From Azolla caroliniana (lineage: Eukaryota; Plantae; Polypodiophyta): 64,000 bases of DNA. The position numbers and the translations under genes are program-made. A model generated the notes under the pieces. That model saw nothing but the letters and a program-made list of their open reading frames with translations, was not told where the DNA came from and did not search any database. This document shows positions 1 to 11,974 of this stretch, in pieces. The stretch is from the NCBI GenBank assembly GCA_043228905.1, contig JBHGNT010000006.1, positions 4,960,001 through 5,024,000 of the forward strand, written 5' to 3'. How positions within the stretch are numbered: position 1 is the stretch's first letter; every line of letters starts with the position of its first letter.

Positions 1-2576
1 GTGATGACATCTGGAGACATACCCTCCGATGTCATCTGTTCAAAATATTCAAGTGCATCCTCACTGTACCTATAGCTTCCACATGCTGTGATAACAGAAT
101 TCCATGATATAATGTCTTGAAATGGGAGTTTATCAAACGCTTCTGCTGCTTTAGCTAGAAAACCACTTTTAGCATGCATAATAACCATGGCATTTCCAAT
201 GTGAATTTCTCTTTCTAAAAGCAGGTCGTCGAAATAATGCACCTCCCGAGCCCCTAATGTGAGACTCTCAATGCGATAATTACTAGCTTTCAAGACACAA
301 ACAAATGAGACAACACTTGGAAAGATACCCTCTTGTAGCATCACCTCAAAATATTTGATGGCTTCCATATAATGGCCAAGTTCAGCATAACCTGCAATCA
401 AAGTATTCCAAGAGACTTCATTTCTAAATGGAAGCTTCTCAAACACTTGTAGCGCTTTTGGGAGCAGACCACATTCAATATACATTTCCATCACAATGTT
501 CCCGATACCCAGATTTATTTCAAACAAACCTCTTCTTTCAACTTCAGCATGAAGTTCTTGGCCCCTCTTTGCATCCCCCAAATTGCCACAAGCTTTTAAC
601 ATGCAAATAAATGTGACCACATCAGGATATACACCCATCACTTGCATGAGTTGGAAATATTCAAATACTTTCTCGCTTGACCCTTCAATGACATGCCCTT
701 CCATTATTGTTGACCATGACACAACATTCTGAACTTGAAGCCTGTCAAACAATTGTTGTGAACTATTAAGTGATCCAGTTTTGGCATACAAGCTAACCAG
801 CATGTTGCCAAGAGCAAGGTCTGACTCAAAGAAACACTGCTTCTCTATTTCAGTATGCAGTTTCCAGAGAATGTCAATGCCATCACAAGCCTTCAAACTA
901 CAAGAATATGTGAAAGCATTTGGAGAGAATCCCTCAAGTTTCATCAACTCCAAGCACTCAAGAACTTCTTGAGTCCTATCACACTCAGCATATCCTTGAA
1001 TAAGCAGAGTCCATGAGATAATATCTCGAACCAGAAGTCTATCAAATACTCCTTGTGCAGCGGTGAGAATACGACATTTGGCATACATGCGAGCCAAGGC
1101 ATTGCCAGTGCTGACATCTCCTTCCAAAAATCCAAGTTTTTCAATCTTGATATGCATAGCTTGACCCTCATCTATGGCTCCTATGTTGCCATAAACTCTC
1201 AGACAGCAAATATATGTCGCAACATTTGGTGCAACTCCAACAACCTCCATCTGCTTAAAACATTTAAGAGCTTCTAAGTCATATCCATAATCCGCATAGC
1301 CTGCTATTAGTGTAGTCCATGACACTACATCTCGATTTATAAGTTTGTCGAACACGTCCTGAGCTAAAGCAACTAACCCACATTTGGCATACATATCGAC
1401 CAAAGTGTTTCCGATAGCTGAATCTCCTTCCAAGAGCTTATTTTCTTCCACTTGTATATGTCTTTCTTTACCCTTATCTTTTGATCCTATGCTACAACAA
1501 GCTCTTAAGATATATATAAATGTGATGGCATTTGGGTTAATGACTTCACAAAGCATCCTCTCAAAACAGTCAAGTGCTTCCTTTCCAAGATCATGATCAG
1601 CATAGCCCCTTATTAAAGCATTCCATGAGTCTAATACTTTGATAGGGAGAGTGTCAAATACTTGTTTTGCTTCGGCAATGCAGCTACATTTAGCATACAT
1701 ATCAATTAGTATGCTGCCGATGATAGAGTTTTCGGTCAGCATTAAGCCACGTCTGTGGATCTCTTCATGTACTTTTTGGCCCTTCTCTAAAGCTCTAGTG
1801 CTTCCACAAGCTTTCAAAGTGCACATTAAAGTGATTACATTTGGGGAAATGCCTTCAAGTTGCATTTGTTCAAAACATTCAAGTGCTGCTTCATTATATC
1901 CATGTTCAGTATACCCAGTTACAATTGCAGTCCAAGAGACCACATCTTGGACCAGAAGATCATTCAAAACTTCATGTGCCATGTTAAAAAATCCACATTT
2001 AGAATACATACTGATGATACAGTTACCAATGACATTGTCTCTTTCAACTAATCCCTGGCGTGCAACCTCGGCATGTATCGCCAGGCCTTTTTCAATGGCT
2101 CCTACATTGCCACATGCTTTCAAGCAACATATAAATGTGACAATGTTGGGCGTTATGCCCTCAATCTGCATCTGTTCAAACACTTTGAGTGCTTCCTCAC
2201 CATGCCTATGCTCACTGTAACCTGCAATCAGTGAAGTCCATGATATGACATCTCGAACTTGAAGCTTGTTAAAGACTTGCTTCGCTCTGGAAATAAGTCC
2301 ACATTTTGCATACATGTCAACTACAGCACTGCCAATAAACACATTCTTTTGAAGCAAACCAACTCTAGAAACTTCAGCATGGATTAAAGAGCCTATGCTC
2401 GAATCCTTCACTTTTGCACAAGCCTTCAATAAAGCCACAAAAGTAGGTCCATCCAGAGGTATATAATAAGAAACATCACTCTGCATTGTAATGTAAAGTT
2501 CAAGAGCATGTTGAAACCTCCCACATTTGATATGGGAAACAATGAGAGGCTTAGCATTGATCCCACCTAACAGCAT
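1..2576 (-). CDS. PLS-class pentatricopeptide repeat protein; intronless here, 3' end beyond the window's left edge
   Basis: ATG at 2576 (MLLGGINAKPLIVSHIKCGRFQHALELY...). The same frame at the window edge reads ...QDIISWNSVITACGSYRYSEDALEYFEQMTSEGMSPDVIT. Recurring DVVSWT..IAGY / EALKCFEQMQ.EG..PN.VTF / LKAC / GN.LV.MYAKCG motifs. No stop-terminated ORF in this frame appears in the track, consistent with one ORF open to the edge. In-frame TGA upstream at 2619-2621. Confidence 0.93.
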   Translation of the reverse strand, partial: MLLGGINAKPLIVSHIKCGRFQHALELYITMQSDVSYYIPLDGPTFVALLKACAKVKDSSIGSLIHAEVSRVGLLQKNVFIGSAVVDMYAKCGLISRAKQVFNKLQVRDVISWTSLIAGYSEHRHGEEALKVFEQMQIEGITPNIVTFICCLKACGNVGAIEKGLAIHAEVARQGLVERDNVIGNCIISMYSKCGFFNMAHEVLNDLLVQDVVSWTAIVTGYTEHGYNEAALECFEQMQLEGISPNVITLMCTLKACGSTRALEKGQKVHEEIHRRGLMLTENSIIGSILIDMYAKCSCIAEAKQVFDTLPIKVLDSWNALIRGYADHDLGKEALDCFERMLCEVINPNAITFIYILRACCSIGSKDKGKERHIQVEENKLLEGDSAIGNTLVDMYAKCGLVALAQDVFDKLINRDVVSWTTLIAGYADYGYDLEALKCFKQMEVVGVAPNVATYICCLRVYGNIGAIDEGQAMHIKIEKLGFLEGDVSTGNALARMYAKCRILTAAQGVFDRLLVRDIISWTLLIQGYAECDRTQEVLECLELMKLEGFSPNAFTYSCSLKACDGIDILWKLHTEIEKQCFFESDLALGNMLVSLYAKTGSLNSSQQLFDRLQVQNVVSWSTIMEGHVIEGSSEKVFEYFQLMQVMGVYPDVVTFICMLKACGNLGDAKRGQELHAEVERRGLFEINLGIGNIVMEMYIECGLLPKALQVFEKLPFRNEVSWNTLIAGYAELGHYMEAIKYFEVMLQEGIFPSVVSFVCVLKASNYRIESLTLGAREVHYFDDLLLEREIHIGNAMVIMHAKSGFLAKAAEAFDKLPFQDIISWNSVITACGSYRYSEDALEYFEQMTSEGMSPDVI

Positions 2577-2590
2577 ATCATCCCGCAAAT

Positions 2591-2842
2591 TCAAAGCTTC
2601 AAGTTCTTTGGGAGAAAATCAATCATCAAAACATCGACATTAATTGCAGAGAGCCTAGGTTTGGATCCTTGACTATTGCACAATCCTTCAAGAGTCACAA
2701 AAATAGGCCCATGATGATTTATATAATCGTCATTGCTATGCTTTTTAAAGCAGAGAGCTAGATCACGTTGAAACCTCCCACATTCGATGTGGCTAATAAT
2801 GAGGGAATTACAAGATTTAGCATTGATTGAACAGTTCAACAT
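2591..2842 (-). pseudogene. Degenerate, frameshifted copy of the first PPR unit, directly upstream of the PPR ORF
   Basis: MLNCSINAKSCNSLIISHIECGRFQ versus MLLGGINAKPLIVSHIKCGRFQ at 2576. Nucleotide match gaaacctcccacatt..gat..gg at ~2770 versus ~2513. Confidence 0.7.
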
Positions 2843-3237
2843 ATCAAAAATCGGTCAATCTCCTATTAAAAACCAGAGCTTCGACAAACATTGAGACAAT
2901 ATATTACATTGAGGGGTTTTGAGATATCAAAGCTTACATTCTGCAGTATAACGACGAGATGATGCTCTCGAGTCTTAATGATAGTTACTTGGTGAATTAC
3001 GTGAGCTTTGTGAACAACCATCATCATCAAATTTTCTCACTGAATTATGGGAGATTTGCAAACCAGTGTAATGATGATACTCTTAATGATCATTTCTCAA
3101 TGAATGAGCTTCATAAACCAGCACATTGCTGGTGTTCTTAATGATTTTGCTCGATGAATCATGTGTCAAATCCCCTTTTTCACAAAATAATGCTCTTATT
3201 GATAGTTCCTCAATGAATTAAGTGACAAAAAGGCTGA

Positions 3238-3560
3238 ACATTCTTCGAGAGGCAATATACTCTGTTTCAACAATGAAGAATACATTCATTCTTCATGGTG
3301 CAATATACTCTGTTTCAACAATGAAGAATACATTCATTCTTCATGATGCAACATACTCTCTTTCGACAAGAAATGCATTGAAGAAGATATCCATTCTTCC
3401 TGATGAAACATAGACTGTTTGTTTTTATTAGAAATGCGATGAACAATACATCCATTCTTCATGATGCAGCATACCCTGCTTCCACTATACATGCATTGAA
3501 GAAAACTTTCGTTTTTCATGACATAACATACCCTGTTTTAAAGTCGTGAAGAAACTCATT
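3238..3560. repeat. Degenerate ~48-bp minisatellite
   Basis: Unit cattcttcatg.tgcaatatactctgtttcaacaatgaagaatacatt: two near-exact copies followed by several diverged ones. Confidence 0.8.
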
Positions 3561-3829
3561 TCTCAGCAACTAGAAATGCACTGAGCATGATTCAATAACC
3601 TTTGTCTTCCAATTAGAAAGAGAAATACATACATAGAGCAAACCACAGGTAGAAACTCCTGCGTCCTCACAAAAAAAATACAAATTGGTAAATTTCTAAA
3701 CATACCTCTCCAAACTTCTAAACATTGAGAGGCAAATAAGGTGTGAAAGTAAATTGAAAATTCAGATATCTTTTTTTTTGTAGGTCCCAATGCAAGTATA
3801 GGCTATAAATCTGCTTTCATATTGCACCA

Positions 3830-4750
3830 CAATACACTTGGAGACTCTGGACCGTCTTCTCTACCCTTTCTTCTACCACCATTATTCATTGGCTTCAAAT
3901 TGACCTCTCTATGCATGCCATCTTCTTATGATATCGTTGTCAAAGCATATTCTAAATAAACACAATTGGAGATTTACAAACTCTTTCGAATTGGATCTCG
4001 GGAGATTTTCATCCCATACTTTTGATTCCATTGACAAAACCCTACATTAGATATGTCCTCTAATGCTTTGTAAACGCTCTTTCCCACTTCCGTGTGGGAA
4101 CACAACATATTCATTCCATCTTGGATGAGTGCCATCGGACTAGTCAGTCTCGCTTGTATCCACATATTCTTTTGTCACTAACAATGTTCTACCTTGTTAT
4201 ACGCTCGGGATACCCCCTTCTAACTATCCAAACAAGATGAAAACCAATCTAACTCCATGTTGTCTTTTTACATTGTCACAATTTTTATGATATTGATGCC
4301 ATTCATCCAAATACTTAAAAGGTATTCTAACCTTATAATGTCACATTTCTCTTACCAATGGTCGTGATTGGGCCTAAAGTTTGTACTTTCACAAACAATC
4401 ACAAATATGTGTCTTTTTTACAATAGCAAAATAAATGCAAGCGTCAATAATAGCCTTGCCCCTCTCATGATATGGAAACATTTGCATGCATAGAAACAAC
4501 AGAACCACATTCTCCAATTGGGGAAACCACAATCAAGCTCTTCCCATAGAAAGGCGACTTTCTTCCTATATTTTGATTGTGAATATTTGCCCAAGATCCA
4601 ATCCTTCAATCACATTAGTGATACATGCTAGAGCCCATCCCTTACACACATCATCAATCCTAGTTCACTCCTTGCACAAATTTCTCTCATGGTCACAAAA
4701 TGTGTACTCACGATTGCAATTTTGATCATTGAAACGATCAAGCAATGAGG
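3830..4750 (-). mobile_element. Highly degenerate LINE ORF2 3'-end remnant (zf-RVT-like)
   Basis: Minus-strand peptide KDWILGKYSQSKYRKKVAFLWEELDCGFPNW resembles the W....PxKvxxFlWr...xxLP motif of the plant LINE zf-RVT region. Many stops. Confidence 0.35.
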
Positions 4751-4907
4751 GTCACTAATCTAAGTCCAAACATTCTATGATAAAAAAGTTTCACTTTTAG
4801 TTTGAGAGGGCACATATATACGAGGTAACACATCGACTGATGTGTATTTTGCCGTAATCAAGTTTTGTAGTTTGAGTATCGCAATTTGCCACAATTTAGG
4901 TCCTACA

Positions 4908-5527
4908 TGTTATCTCCCTATTGGAGGAACACCGTTGATTACTTTTCCGGAGTAATCAAGTCAAGGATTTGTGGTCGCGTAAGAGACTAGGGTAGGGCCT
5001 AGCAGGGCCGAAACGTTACACCGTGCGGGGATGGAACCTCTGAGAATCGGTTACAACCAATTTGTACTCTCGATTTCATAGGTTAGATAACAGAATAAAA
5101 AATATGATTAAGATGAGACAGGCACAGAGTTGACCCAAAAGTAAATGTATTGATTACTGAATAGAGCAATTACAAGGGTAGTACAGACCACTTATAATCA
5201 TTCACACACACACACACACTCTCTCTCTCTTACTATAGATCTTCGAATCTAAACTTAACCACTCTAGCTTGAAATAGGGATATCTTCTGCCTGTCTTTCC
5301 TTTTGCTGCTTCCCGATTTATATATAACTTTCCCCTTAATTGGCACGTTCCACCTACTCTCTTCTAATCCTAGGCTTATGTCTCGACAACTAGTATTTTG
5401 GTTACTTCCTCTCGGTTGCTAGTGTTCGGGTCTTTCCCCCCTTTTCTTGCTTTGACATACTCGTCCCCTTTCACACTTTACTTTAAGATTCATTCCATAC
5501 CTCGTGCCTTTTGTCCCACTGATAACA
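4908..5527 (-). mobile_element. Solo LTR (family shared with 42973-43551)
   Basis: Termini TGTTATC...GATAACA form a perfect 7-bp inverted repeat. Flanks CTACA/CTATA are a TSD with one mismatch. Colinear similarity to 42973-43551. No internal domain. Confidence 0.85.
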
Positions 5528-5856
5528 CTATAAATCGACAATTCGGTCCACTCTCTATACACATTCCTCGCATAGACACGATCTTCATTCCTTGAAAACT
5601 CTGGAACAACAAGAGGCACTACCCTTTATGTCCAGACGTTCTATTGTAAAAATGTTTCACTTTTGGTCAATCATACTTTGACTACTAAAACTCTCTCTGT
5701 CTCTTTCTGCCCTCAAAGTTCCATAGTCTCTTTTGATTTTTTTTTTATGTTATCTATGAACTTCTTCTCGATTTTTGACGGGTTCTGATTCATTTAAGGT
5801 CTAGTCTCAGATTGCTCATTCCTCTTCTTTCTCTCTACAGAGACTTTGAGAATACC

Positions 5857-7105
5857 ATGGCTTCCTTCAACCTTACAGAACTCTGTACAAGATCAGCTTT
5901 TTCTGGTTTGATGAGAAACATGCCAGAGTCACATTCAAAGAAGTTTTGTCTTCATTCACAAGCACCCATCTCCCGCTCCATGGCTAAATGCTCTCCTCAG
6001 CTGCAGGTTGCTTCTTCTTCCCAAGAGATAGAAACTGTATTCCAGGTAAGTAAGCATTTGGTCTCTAGTTGTATATGTACATAAGAGAGGCCGATGCCTG
6101 TGTATGCACACATACAACACTTGCATGTCTAGATGTGTATATATATATGCCGATGTGGGCACATACCTATGTCTATATGTACACTATTGTATAACTATAC
6201 ACACACATGACTTTGTGGACCCACAAATATCTATATGTATACATAGATATATGCGTGAGTATACCCACACGTACATAGGCATCTGCGTATATACATACAT
6301 CTGGATACCTATCTGAATAGAATACACATGTGCCCATCTGTATGTTTGGATGTATGCCTATGTGTGCCTATACATGCCTATACTGTATATTTGTATGCCT
6401 ATGCACTTGTTTGTGCATTGTTAAATGCACGAGTAATAGCATACACATATGTGTATGTGCTATATGTGTGTATGTCCGTGTGCGTGATATGTGTATATTT
6501 ATGTGCACATCTATACACATATGTGTGTATCTATACATACATACTTACATACACATACATACATATATGTCCGTGCAGGTTTTTTCAGAGGATAAAGAGG
6601 GCATTATCTGCTACCAGACCAAGACAGGAGAGATTGTATGTGAAGGCATGGATGAGGGACCCCACTTCTATCCTGCTTCTTCATTAAGGTATGTATCTAT
6701 GTATATATAATATCTCCCTTTTCTTCTCCAAACAATCATAGTAGAAACTTAATTGTGATGATTTGCATGACAATTTTTATTTCTTGATCTGAAATTGAAA
6801 TTGAAAATGGGAGTTTTTGACTTAAAGACAATTCTAGAATGAAATAAATCTACTTGAAAACTTTATTATTATTATTATTTTAAGATGACTATCAATCTAT
6901 TTTTGAACTATGTTATTTTGACTTATGCATCAAAGAATCTCAATTAAACAGATGCAAGATTTAGAAGTTTTTCTCTTTTCGGGATAAGATCAATCTAAGA
7001 TTTCTAACTATGTTATGTCACCAATGCAGTGAAGAATCTCGAATACAAAACAAACCATCTTCACCAACGCTCCCTGCACTAGGAGAGCTGTTGTATGAAA
7101 TATAA
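5857..7105 (+). CDS. Small 124-aa protein of unknown function with a GIICY...GEIVCEG.DEGP motif and a Ser/Ala-rich transit-peptide-like N-terminus
   Basis: Exons 5857-6045, 6579-6688, 7030-7105 with GT..AG introns in phases 0 and 2 give an open frame to TAA: MASFNLTELCTRSAFSGL...ETVFQ|VFSEDKEGIICYQTKTGEIVCEGMDEGPHFYPASSL|SEESRIQNKPSSPTLPALGELLYEI*. A probable 5'UTR acceptor lies at 5840. Confidence 0.8.
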
Positions 7106-8509
7106 TCGTCGATGATATTGGAGCAATTCATATGTTGAAAACTCTAAATCACTGCAAAGGCTGCTTTTAAGAATCAATTATGGTTATTGGGCATATCTTT
7201 TTCTATGTATGTATGTATGTATTTAAGTATACTTTTATGCCTTGTTTCTCTTTTACATAAATCTGGAGCTTGTGTATTATAATAATATTGTTATTCAGTT
7301 CTTTACTATTTTGTTTACTGCTGATTATATATGCCTTTAATTTCTTGCTCTTTATTTGCATTTTGTAATTGTGTTTCTTTTATCTAATTGTGCTATGGAG
7401 CTTGTATAGTGGTGAAACAGGCATTTTGCACTTAAAAATTTGTGGCTGAAATCTTTCTTTTAATGTGTGAGAATGGAACTTCCCGATAATTTTAGATAGG
7501 GATTGTTTAGAGATAATTGCGAAAGCGAATTCTGTAAACTAGAAATTTGGGTCAACCTATAATCAAAGTATGTTGCTTCATATGTGGTGTGAAGTTTGGG
7601 TAAATTTTTGCCTTGAACTTCACAAAATCAGTGTAGATTGTTCAACACAATCACATGGTGTGCATTTGCTAGTTTAATTGATAGCTGTTGATTGTACCCC
7701 TTTTTTTAGGAAGGAGTTACATACAAGTGATATGTTGATGTGGTCCCATAGGTCAAAATTGGCCTCGCCATGGGCGATTAAACATCCATTCTGATCAATT
7801 CTCTCTTTCACTCTCCATAAAATAAGGATATCTATTAAAACAACATGACAATACAAAGACTCTTGCTCTCCTCACCAATATTGATGATCTTTATTGCAAG
7901 GTAAACCCTCTAAGGTGATGTACGATTACCTTTCATGATGGTAACCCTTTTTAGAAAAAATTGTCTTCAAAGTTGAATATAAAGAATTGCCTAATAAAAT
8001 TTCCTTTAGCTCACTTACATGTTGTGTTACTCAATGAAGGCCATTAAAGAAGAAACTAGAACATACAGAATTTCACAAGCCATGCTAAAAAGGTTCAATA
8101 AAAACCGCCTGAAGTGCTTTTGGTGCATATATGACTCCATGAAACCCAAGTCACGCCTAGATTTGATGTGTTCCTTGCAAATTGAGAGTTATCCTCCTTG
8201 TTTCTGCATGTGTTTGCTTAGTTAGGATTGTTCTATTTATCATCATTTATTGAAACTTTATTGAAAATTGTATAGATATTTAAAATTTCCATATGCCATG
8301 GAAATCGAATTGCCAGCCCTGAAAATCGAATTGTATAGATATACATGTACCAAAGAAAATATCACCCATTGAGAGAGATTGTCAACTAGAGGCCAAAAAT
8401 AGCCTACGAGAAAGTTACAAAAAAGCAGAGGTGAATCCATGTTATCTGCACTAATGTTCATATGATATTTATACATGCGTGAAATGATTAGAGATTGATT
8501 GAACGCATG

Positions 8510-8511
<2 letters not shown>

Positions 8512-8568
<57 letters not shown>
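8512..8568. repeat. (GA)n microsatellite
   Basis: Uninterrupted GA run. Confidence 0.95.
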
Positions 8569-8570
<2 letters not shown>

Positions 8571-9225
8571 CCAATCTCATATTTTGTACAAGAATATTCA
8601 TGTAACCTTGGAAAAAACAAGATGACTAATAAAGTGATTAGATATTATTTTCTAAGATTCACGTTACTTTAGAACTTGTGACATATGTTGGCCAAAATGT
8701 ATGCAAAGAAAGCCCATTATATCACATGAACCAAAGACTTGAACAAAACACTTAGGTATATTACAAAAGAAAGCAAAAATGGTTTGGAAGGATAGATGAC
8801 ATAAATTAGAGACTTTCAGCAATCATATAGGCATTACCCAACAAAGTACAACTAGTTTGGAAAGTTAGATGAAGTGCAGCCATAATAAATTCTATCTTGA
8901 GCCGAAACAAAAGAATGATCAATTCCTATCATTTCAGGAACGATTGTGATGATGATGGGTCCTGTAACACAATCCTATAGGTTTGTACATGAAGATTATC
9001 AACAATTTTTCTTAAATAAGGTTTTGGTACACTTCCCATGTCTCCCCACTCACCAAAAGGAGGATTATGATTGTACTTATAAACATCAAACTGTAACACT
9101 TCATATACAAGGAGACTTGTGAGTGGATTGCTTCTCTATTAGAGCTTCATGTGTCTGTCGTTAAAGGAGTTGCAAAGTCAGTCCATTCAAAAACAATTAT
9201 CTCTATTTTGCTACATCGTTATTAA

Positions 9226-11974
9226 TTACCATTGGTTTGCAAAAGCTTCTCGATATGCAGCATCTTCATTTTGAGTGATGGCATGCGTGGTAGCATCATT
9301 TGCTCGACTGTTCAATAATCTTTTGGCAAGACGATCCTTTGTGGTAGGTTTGGGATGAAGCATGGCCTTGAGACAAGACTTTGCCCTTTTCCCTATTCTA
9401 TGGGCATGAGCTTCATCATATGACTTGTCCAAATCTTCACCAATAATCTCTCCAAGACCTTGAGAAGTACATGAAAGAGCGGCATCACGCAAGACCCGAG
9501 CATTGTGCTCTCTATTCTTCCTTGCCTCTAGTTTCCGCTCAATCTTTTTTCTCAACTCAGCTGCATCTCGTGCACGTACATTTGCCACGGCTTGTGCCAC
9601 AATGTCCGCCTTAACATGTCCTGTTTCATCTAAAGATGTAAAATCAGACATATGATCCTTTCTCAGAGAGTTTCCTGATTCAGGATTCTCCTTTTTATCT
9701 GGAGATATAGGAATAGGATTCCCTGTATTTATATCTCGTGGTACAACGGGCCCATGTAAAGGGCAGATTCGGAGATCTCGCCTCTGACATAAACCCCCTT
9801 TTTTAAGTGGGGCTAAACAGGGTCTTATTTCAGAAGCTGTGGGTTTATAGTAAGATAGTTGCATACTCATTTCATTAACTTTTTCTGGGAGAACAAGTGC
9901 ATCAAAGTCCACTTTTCCCCAATGACTTTCGAGAAGCAATCCTCGTTGATTCACAGGTACCATATGTTCACTTCCCCATCTGTCTAGATATGATCCCCAT
10001 GGCAATACTGGAGCTTCGTCAATGAGCTTTTTCTTCAGAGGTACATCTGCTTCTTCACTAACATCACCAGGCTTCATAGGTCTGTTTTCTGTCCTCGGGT
10101 TGACTTTTTTATCTTCTGAAATTAATCCGTTTGCTTTAATGGTCGTCATGTCCTCTTTCTTAGGAGCCTCCTTGCCAGCTTCTCCATCGATTAACCCTCC
10201 TTCCCACTCTATACCGTCATCATCTTCATCGTTATGACATTCATCACCATTATTGTTATCAGTGGTTTGATGCATAGTTATTCCAAGATCAACATTGCAT
10301 TTACTTTTTGCTGAATATAACTGGTTCCGGATATCAATGGTAGCTCTTAACAAGAAATCATGACCCTCGGAATCTTGTGTTTCAACCCTCATTAAAATAG
10401 ACATCCAGTTTTGAACAGACGGAATGTGTTGGTTGTCAATAATTTTAATCAAATCACGGACAGTGTTGAAAATGGAGGCATTTTCTTGCTTTTCATACAC
10501 ACAAGGTGGTCTGCATGATGCTTCTTCCAAAATCTTTCGAAGTGTGTTGACACCATACTCTTCTTCGTCCTCGCTGTTATCATGTTGAGTGATGATTGCA
10601 AGAGAACTCGGACTCTCAACTGGTTTTAATGGACTGAGAAGAATTTCAAAACACTCACTTAACTGGTTTAAAGTATTTTGAATATCTTCTGACAATGAAG
10701 GGAAATCCTCCTTCAAATTCCGGTATTTTTCTAACACCAATGCTTTTGATCTTGCCTCTCTTTCACTCCTTTGCTGCTCTGCTTGAGCAGCAGCTTGTCG
10801 CAAATTCGGGAACTGAAAATGCAATGTATTCTTTAAATACTCGTAACCTAATCTAAGAGTTTTATAATGTAATCCAAAGCTATCATTCCATTTCTCTATA
10901 ATTTCCATGCTTTTAGATCTCAATATTGTAGCGCGATTTATTGGGGGAGGAAGAGGGTATTCTGATTTGTATCCGACTGCATAGGTCATAAATGTTTCAA
11001 AATTCTCGATAAGAATGCTTCGAAAGAGCTTAGATCTGGTGAAAAGCTCATCCATAATCAGCAATGTAAGGTAACGTGCCTAGCAATAGAAAATCATATC
11101 ATAAAGCTTATTAAGTCCTGATATAAAAGGTTATTCCCGCAGAACTTATAGTAGAATGAGAGCTTTTAAAATCCTCAATTTTCTCGAATGCTTGATTGCA
11201 TTTGAGAGTTAAAATAAACTACATCGAAATTCAATAATATTCCAATCACCAATTCACATTCCCTTTCAAGTTGAGAATATAAGTTTGTTTCAAATAAATG
11301 TGATCTATACTGAAAACAAGTCATTTTTCAGAATTTGGGATCAGAGGGAATAGGAAATCCTAATCTGAAAATGAACAAGAAACCCTAATCTGAGAAAGAC
11401 GAAAATGATATAGAATCAAAGAAAGAAACCCAACGTAAGAATGCACATATCTACAGAGTAAGAAAAAAACAACTAGCCTTAGAACAAAAGATGCGCTAAT
11501 TTGAGAATGAGGAATCCAATAGACAATTTGCAAACTTGATATAGGAAAAAGAGACAGTAATATGAGAACGAATACATAATTGAAAAAAGAAAACCCAATC
11601 TAATAATCAAATAAATCATTAAGCAATCGGATGAAGAACGCCAAATCTAATATAGCAAAAATATAACTAAATCCAACAAATACAGAAATAGTGCAAAAGA
11701 ATAAAAAACCTAACTTGAGAATCCTAAAAAGAATAAATAAATTAAAATAAAATAAAATCCTAACCTGAGAATGGTTGAACTTGATCTTGTGGAAAAGGAG
11801 ACGGAAAGCCAGGTGGACGTTTGCATCAGAGAGGCGAACGATTTGTTTGATGGAGGAGATAAGGGCGATGTCAAGACCATCGCTGCGAGGAGAAGAGGTA
11901 GCAGAATCGATCAAGGTAGCGAGCTCCGAATTTCCATCGCTGTCTCCGGTTCTTCGCCTTCTGCCCATCACCAT
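9226..11974 (-). CDS. UVSSA: UV-stimulated scaffold protein A homolog (transcription-coupled NER), ~687 aa
   Basis: Exons 11974-11765 (CAG|GTTAG) and 11079-9226 (TAG|GCA). VHS-like N-terminus HSQ|ARYLTLLIMDELFTRSKLFR. C-terminal zinc motif CLAPLKKGGLCQRRDLRICPLHGPVVPRD. Terminal FANQW. Confidence 0.93.

Noticed and set aside
428-2220. Plus-strand ORFs of 60-193 aa
   Set aside because: Antisense shadows of the minus-strand PPR ORF.
2950-3220. ATGATGA box-C-like words suggesting snoRNAs
   Set aside because: No properly placed CTGA box D, terminal stem or rRNA guide that I can identify.
3238-3560. CRISPR-like appearance of the spaced repeats
   Set aside because: Eukaryotic context, contiguous tandem units without unique spacers, and no cas genes.
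6104-6578. Cys/Val/Tyr-rich ORFs
   Set aside because: Translation of a (TA/TG/CA)-rich intron; only 6579-6688 is exon.
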